Source: an uncultured Chloroflexia bacterium (GTDB lineage: Bacteria; Chloroflexota; Chloroflexia; Thermomicrobiales; UBA6265). Taken from it: a DNA stretch of 64,000 nucleotides. Location: NCBI GenBank assembly GCA_963763125.1, contig CAVXMV010000005.1, forward strand, positions 1,037,562-1,101,561, given 5' to 3'. The translations under genes were made by a program, and so were the position numbers. This document shows, one piece after another, positions 60,223 through 64,000 of this stretch; the first letter of the stretch is position 1, and every line of letters starts with the position of its first letter. A model generated the notes under the pieces. That model made no database searches, was not told where the DNA came from, and saw only the letters and a program-made list of their open reading frames with translations.

Positions 60223-61146
60223 TTGACCTGGATCTCCGGCGGAACCTTTACGATGGGGTCCGACAGCCACTATCGTGAAGAGAAACCGGCCCATCGCGTT
60301 GCGGTGGACGGGTTCTGGATCGACCCGCACCTGGTCACAAACCAGCAGTTCGCCCGGTTTGCGACCGCCACCGATTACATAACCATTGCCGAGCGGGCAC
60401 CCGATCCCGCCCTCTACCCGGGTGCGCCACCGGAAAACCTCGTGCCTGGTTCGATGGTCTTTGTCCCGACGGCGGGGCCGGTTGACCTGCGCAACAGCGC
60501 CCAATGGTGGCGCTGGGTGCCGGGCGCCGATTGGCGACACCCGACGGGGCCGGGCAGTTCGATCGACGGGCTGGAGCAGCATCCGGTTGTCCAGGTCGCA
60601 TGGGAGGACGTGGAGGCGTATGCCACCTGGGCCGGCAAGGACCTCCCGACCGAAGCGGAATGGGAGTTCGCAGCCCGTGGCGGTCTCGATGGCGCCGTCT
60701 TCACCTGGGGAGACGAAGACACCCAGCACACCGCGCCCATGGCGAACACCTGGCGGGGCCAGTTTCCCTGGGAAAGCACCAAGGCTCCGGGATTTGAGCG
60801 TACCTCGCCAGTTGGCACGTTTCCGGCGAACGGCTACGGCCTGTTCGACATGGCCGGCAATGTCTGGGAATGGACAGCGGACTGGTTCGTGGATCGACGA
60901 GATCGACCCACAACGGCGGCGTGCTGCGTGCCGCACAACCCGCGAGGAGGGATGCTGGAGGAGAGTTTCGACCGCCAGTTCCCGATTCCGCGCAAGGTGG
61001 TGAAGGGTGGTTCGCACCTGTGCGAACGCGACGCCTGTTTTCGCTACCGGCCAGCCGCCCGCCAACCGCAAATGATCGACACCGGCATGAGCCATGTTGG
61101 CTTCCGCTGTATTGTTCGCACGCCGGTACAAACTCCGGAGGGATAA
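60223..61146 (+). CDS. formylglycine-generating enzyme (SUMF1/FGE family)
   Basis: Colinear with M. tuberculosis Rv0712 as remembered: 'GGTFTMGSD', 'HPVVQVAWEDVEAYATWAGKDLPTEAEWEFAARGG', 'GNVWEWT' and 'KGGSHLCERDACFRYRPAAR'. TTG start. Confidence 0.9.
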   Translation: MTWISGGTFTMGSDSHYREEKPAHRVAVDGFWIDPHLVTNQQFARFATATDYITIAERAPDPALYPGAPPENLVPGSMVFVPTAGPVDLRNSAQWWRWVPGADWRHPTGPGSSIDGLEQHPVVQVAWEDVEAYATWAGKDLPTEAEWEFAARGGLDGAVFTWGDEDTQHTAPMANTWRGQFPWESTKAPGFERTSPVGTFPANGYGLFDMAGNVWEWTADWFVDRRDRPTTAACCVPHNPRGGMLEESFDRQFPIPRKVVKGGSHLCERDACFRYRPAARQPQMIDTGMSHVGFRCIVRTPVQTPEG

Positions 61147-61344
61147 CCGCGCCGGATGCAGTCGCGGCCTTCGGGTGAATGGCGGCGATTCCGGGATACA
61201 CGCCAACAACGGGCGGACACCCTATGTCTCGTTGCGGACGGTGTCGACGTCGACCGGGGTACCGCCCCTACGCAAGTCGGCGGCAATCGAGCCCTGCGCA
61301 GTAGCTGATACGAGATCAGGTGAACGCTGTGTCCTGCGTGATTT

Positions 61345-61416
61345 CGTAGGGGCTGACCTGGATCGACCGTGAAGGACTTCTCGCCAACCGGGGTGTGGTC
61401 GATCCTGTGTCAGCCC
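61345..61416 (-). repeat. palindromic element, family B (inverted copy of the 51883 type)
   Basis: cgtag-gggctgac ... gtcagccc. The internal segment is partly similar (gttggcgag vs gttgccgag) to the 51.9 kb copy. Confidence 0.6.
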
Positions 61417-61450
61417 GAACGGTGGCTATTGCGCAGTCCGCCCGTATCGA

Positions 61451-61480
61451 TGGCCGGCACAAGACCGGCCACTACCAGAG
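61451..61480 (+). repeat. REP-like element, family A
   Basis: tggccggcacaagaccggccactaccagag, just downstream of the HAD hydrolase stop. Confidence 0.8.
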
Positions 61481-61490
61481 AAATGTCGTA

Positions 61491-62432
61491 TCAGTCTGAG
61501 AAGACCTTTGACCAGTCGTTTTTGACGCTGATTACGGTCCATCCCTTGTCGCCGGCCCGTTCGAGCGCTTTTTCGGCCCCGGCCGTGTAGTCGAATTCGC
61601 GCTCGGCGTCGTCGTGGAGCACGAGCAGGCGCAACGATGCACGCCCCGGCACCTTGGCGAAGCGCAACATTTCGATGTCGCCGTTGGAGTTGCCCCCGGC
61701 AACGAGCGGGCGCCGCCCGGTGCGGCTCCAGATCCGGAGCGGTTTCTCCGGACCGTCGTCGAAGACTTCCATTGTCGATGTATAGGAGACCTCCACGCCA
61801 TCCTCGACATCGGTGAACGCCATCTTCAACGCGCTGCCAACGACGCGTTCCGGCGGGATGCTGTACACCTGCCAGGCGATGCCGCGCATGAAATCGCGAT
61901 CGCCACCGGAGGCGATATAGGTGGTGAAGCCGTTCGCTTCGAGATATCGCAGCAACTCCACCATGGGCGTGTAGGCGCAAGCGAGATAAGGGCGTTTCAG
62001 GACAGGATGCGTGGCATCGGCGAAGAACTCGGTCACGCTCGATGCATAACCGTCGAGACTGATCCCATCGAAGGCCGACTGCATGGCCTTCATCAGCAAT
62101 TTCATGTCGTGATCGTCGCCTCGGTAGTACTTGACCATTGCGGCGCCCAGCCAATGGAGATCGCCTTCGTACGATGCCTTGTACGGTTGCTGATCGCGCA
62201 GCGATGGATCTGCCTTGGCAAGCTCAGCGAGCCGCCGGACCATGAAATCGAGCTGGATCGGCATTGGCTTCTCGGGCCACAGCGTGCCGTCGTTGTCGAA
62301 GAAGGCGACGCGCTCTTCCGGAGCAACGAAATCGGAGCCACCCTCGGTGGTGACCGATTCCACGAAATCCACGATCGCTTTTCGGGTAGCCGTATCGTTC
62401 CATGAAGCCAGCAACTGGACGGACTTGGTCAT
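61491..62432 (-). CDS. HAD-superfamily hydrolase (HAD-IB-like)
   Basis: Motif I 'FFDNDGTLW', 'YIASGGDRDF' and 'VAGGNSNGDIEML'. Confidence 0.8.
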   Translation of the reverse strand: MTKSVQLLASWNDTATRKAIVDFVESVTTEGGSDFVAPEERVAFFDNDGTLWPEKPMPIQLDFMVRRLAELAKADPSLRDQQPYKASYEGDLHWLGAAMVKYYRGDDHDMKLLMKAMQSAFDGISLDGYASSVTEFFADATHPVLKRPYLACAYTPMVELLRYLEANGFTTYIASGGDRDFMRGIAWQVYSIPPERVVGSALKMAFTDVEDGVEVSYTSTMEVFDDGPEKPLRIWSRTGRRPLVAGGNSNGDIEMLRFAKVPGRASLRLLVLHDDAEREFDYTAGAEKALERAGDKGWTVISVKNDWSKVFSD

Positions 62433-62785
62433 CTCGACTCCTTACTGTCACGTATTCCGCGGCCGGGCCATTGTGAAACCTGGGCATCCCTACCATACGT
62501 TGGGGCCAGGATTACGTCTGTATCAGACCAAAGGTGTATTCGATTGTGTGCGAGTCGCTGTCCGCATGCCGAACGACCTATTGAGTATGTACCTCCTTGC
62601 GGGTACGATGGCTACAAAATTGTCTCATGTGCAGATTTCGGCGACTGGCTCCCGCTGTATCGACATTCCGGGACCATGGCTGGTGGCGCGAATCAGAAAT
62701 GATCGGAGGGATGTCTTTCCGGGTTGATGGGTTCGTGAGCGGTCACGAACGAGGTCGTCAGATATTCTGGAAGAGGAGGAAAAAC

Positions 62786-64000
62786 ATGGCGGATCAGAAG
62801 CAGCCGAACATCCTGGTGATCTGGGGTGACGATATCGGGCAGTCCAATCTCAGCTGCTATTCCCGTGGGCTGATGGGATACCAGACTCCCAACATCGACC
62901 GCATCGCTAACGAAGGTATGCTCTTCACCGACTCCTATGGCGAGCAATCCTGCACCGCCGGCCGTGCCGCGTTCATCACCGGCCAGAGCGTCTACCGCTC
63001 CGGGCTGTCGAAGGTCGGCGTTCCGGCCGCTCCCGTGGGGCTCGAACCGGAAACTGTCACGATCGCGGACCTCCTGAAGGAACAGGGATACACGACCGGG
63101 CAATTCGGCAAGAACCACCTCGGCGATCTCAACAAGTACCTGCCGACGGTCCACGGGTTCGACGAGTTCTACGGCAATCTCTACCACCTCGATGCCGAGG
63201 AAGAGCCGGAAATGGCCGACTACCCGCCCGAAGCGGATTTCCCAAACTTCCGGTCCATATTCGGCCCGCGTGGCGTCCTCCACTCCTGGGCGACCGAGGA
63301 AGACGACGACACTGAAGAACCGCGCTGGGGCCGCGTCGGCAAGCAGCGGATCGAGGATACCGGACCGCTCACGGCAAAGCGGATGGAGACCTGCGATGAC
63401 GACTTCGTGGGTGCCGCCAAGGATTTCATTGGGCGCGCGAACGAGGCAGACAAGCCGTTCTTCGTCTGGCTCAACACCACCCACATGCATCTCTTCACCC
63501 ACACGAAGCCCGAGAGTCTCGGCCAGTCGGGGCGGTGGCAATCGCCCTACCACGACACGATGATCGACCACGACAAGAATGTCGGCGAGATGCTGGATTA
63601 CCTCGACGAACTGGGGATCGCCGACGACACCTTCGTCATGTACAGCACCGACAATGGCCCCCATATGAACAGTTGGCCGGATGGCGGGATGACCCCGTTC
63701 CGCAGCGAGAAGAACACCAACTGGGAGGGAGCATTCCGTGTGCCCATGCTCGTGCGCTGGCCGGGCAAGATCGAGGCCGGGTCGGTCGCCAACGGCATAG
63801 TCCAGCACCACGACTGGTTGCCAACCTTCCTGGCGATGGCCGGCGCACCCGACGTTCCGGAGCAACTGAAGTCGGGCTACGAGGCGAACGGCAAGCCCTT
63901 CAAGAACCACATCGACGGCTACAACCTGGTGCCCTACCTCACGGGTGAAGAAGACAAGAGCCCGCGTAACCTCTTCTTTTACTTCAGCGATGACGGCGAC
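62786..64000 (+). CDS. arylsulfatase (3' end outside window)
   Basis: Not in the ORF track because no stop lies inside the window. ATG after gaggagga. 'PNILVIWGDDIGQSNLSCY', sulfatase signature 'SCTAGRAAFITG' (a C-x-A-x-R variant), 'GKNHLGD' and 'TDNGPH'. The frame is open to base 64000. Confidence 0.9.
   Translation, partial: MADQKQPNILVIWGDDIGQSNLSCYSRGLMGYQTPNIDRIANEGMLFTDSYGEQSCTAGRAAFITGQSVYRSGLSKVGVPAAPVGLEPETVTIADLLKEQGYTTGQFGKNHLGDLNKYLPTVHGFDEFYGNLYHLDAEEEPEMADYPPEADFPNFRSIFGPRGVLHSWATEEDDDTEEPRWGRVGKQRIEDTGPLTAKRMETCDDDFVGAAKDFIGRANEADKPFFVWLNTTHMHLFTHTKPESLGQSGRWQSPYHDTMIDHDKNVGEMLDYLDELGIADDTFVMYSTDNGPHMNSWPDGGMTPFRSEKNTNWEGAFRVPMLVRWPGKIEAGSVANGIVQHHDWLPTFLAMAGAPDVPEQLKSGYEANGKPFKNHIDGYNLVPYLTGEEDKSPRNLFFYFSDDGD

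Noticed and set aside
60010-61209. 399-aa minus-strand ORF.
   Set aside because: Antisense to the formylglycine-generating enzyme gene, which is colinear with a known FGE.
62693-63910. 405-aa minus-strand ORF at the right end.
   Set aside because: The plus strand encodes a clear arylsulfatase that runs off the window, so it is missing from the ORF track. The minus ORF is its antisense shadow.

Overview
This is a 64 kb, high-GC bacterial chromosomal segment. Hand counts on sample lines give about 62% GC in coding DNA. LPXTG surface proteins, Tat-signal SH3b proteins, many actinobacterial/Chloroflexi-type DUF families and GC-rich palindromic intergenic repeats suggest a monoderm Chloroflexota (Thermomicrobia-like) or Actinobacteria-like genome. 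That placement is inference only. All calls come from reading the ORF translations and the DNA by eye; no database search was possible.

Gene content is mostly housekeeping or accessory metabolism:
- Mrp/ApbC, methyltransferases, and metX-metY.
- An ABC-2 exporter, a cyclophilin, and a sulfite-oxidase-like Mo enzyme.
- Three SulP anion transporters, an AI-2E transporter, and a formylglycine-generating enzyme plus an arylsulfatase.
- Three very large STAND/AAA+ LuxR-type regulators.
- A dense cluster of uncharacterised membrane/stress families (DUF6325, SHOCT, DUF4203 x2, DUF308, DUF1269 x2, DUF2254, and a Vps62-like fusion).

No rRNA, tRNA, CRISPR array, integrase or complete prophage could be supported.

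Most interesting observations:
1. An orphan two-gene module (39.4-40.9 kb) encodes a scaffold-like protein and an HK97-fold major-capsid-like protein. Both have strong RBSs and the module has its own terminator. No portal, terminase, protease or tail gene lies anywhere in the window. It could be a domesticated capsid or encapsulin-like compartment, or a prophage relic.
2. A 68-nt direct repeat (65/68 identical) includes the leader and SD of the cyclophilin gene. It brackets a 5.3 kb segment immediately next to the capsid module.
3. A 1.57 kb lower-GC stretch (950-2517) has no credible ORF.
4. At least two families of palindromic REP-like repeats are present.
5. There is an unusually high load of single-base frameshifts and gene relics, including an IS110 remnant inside a SulP gene. 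These could be real decay or assembly indel errors.
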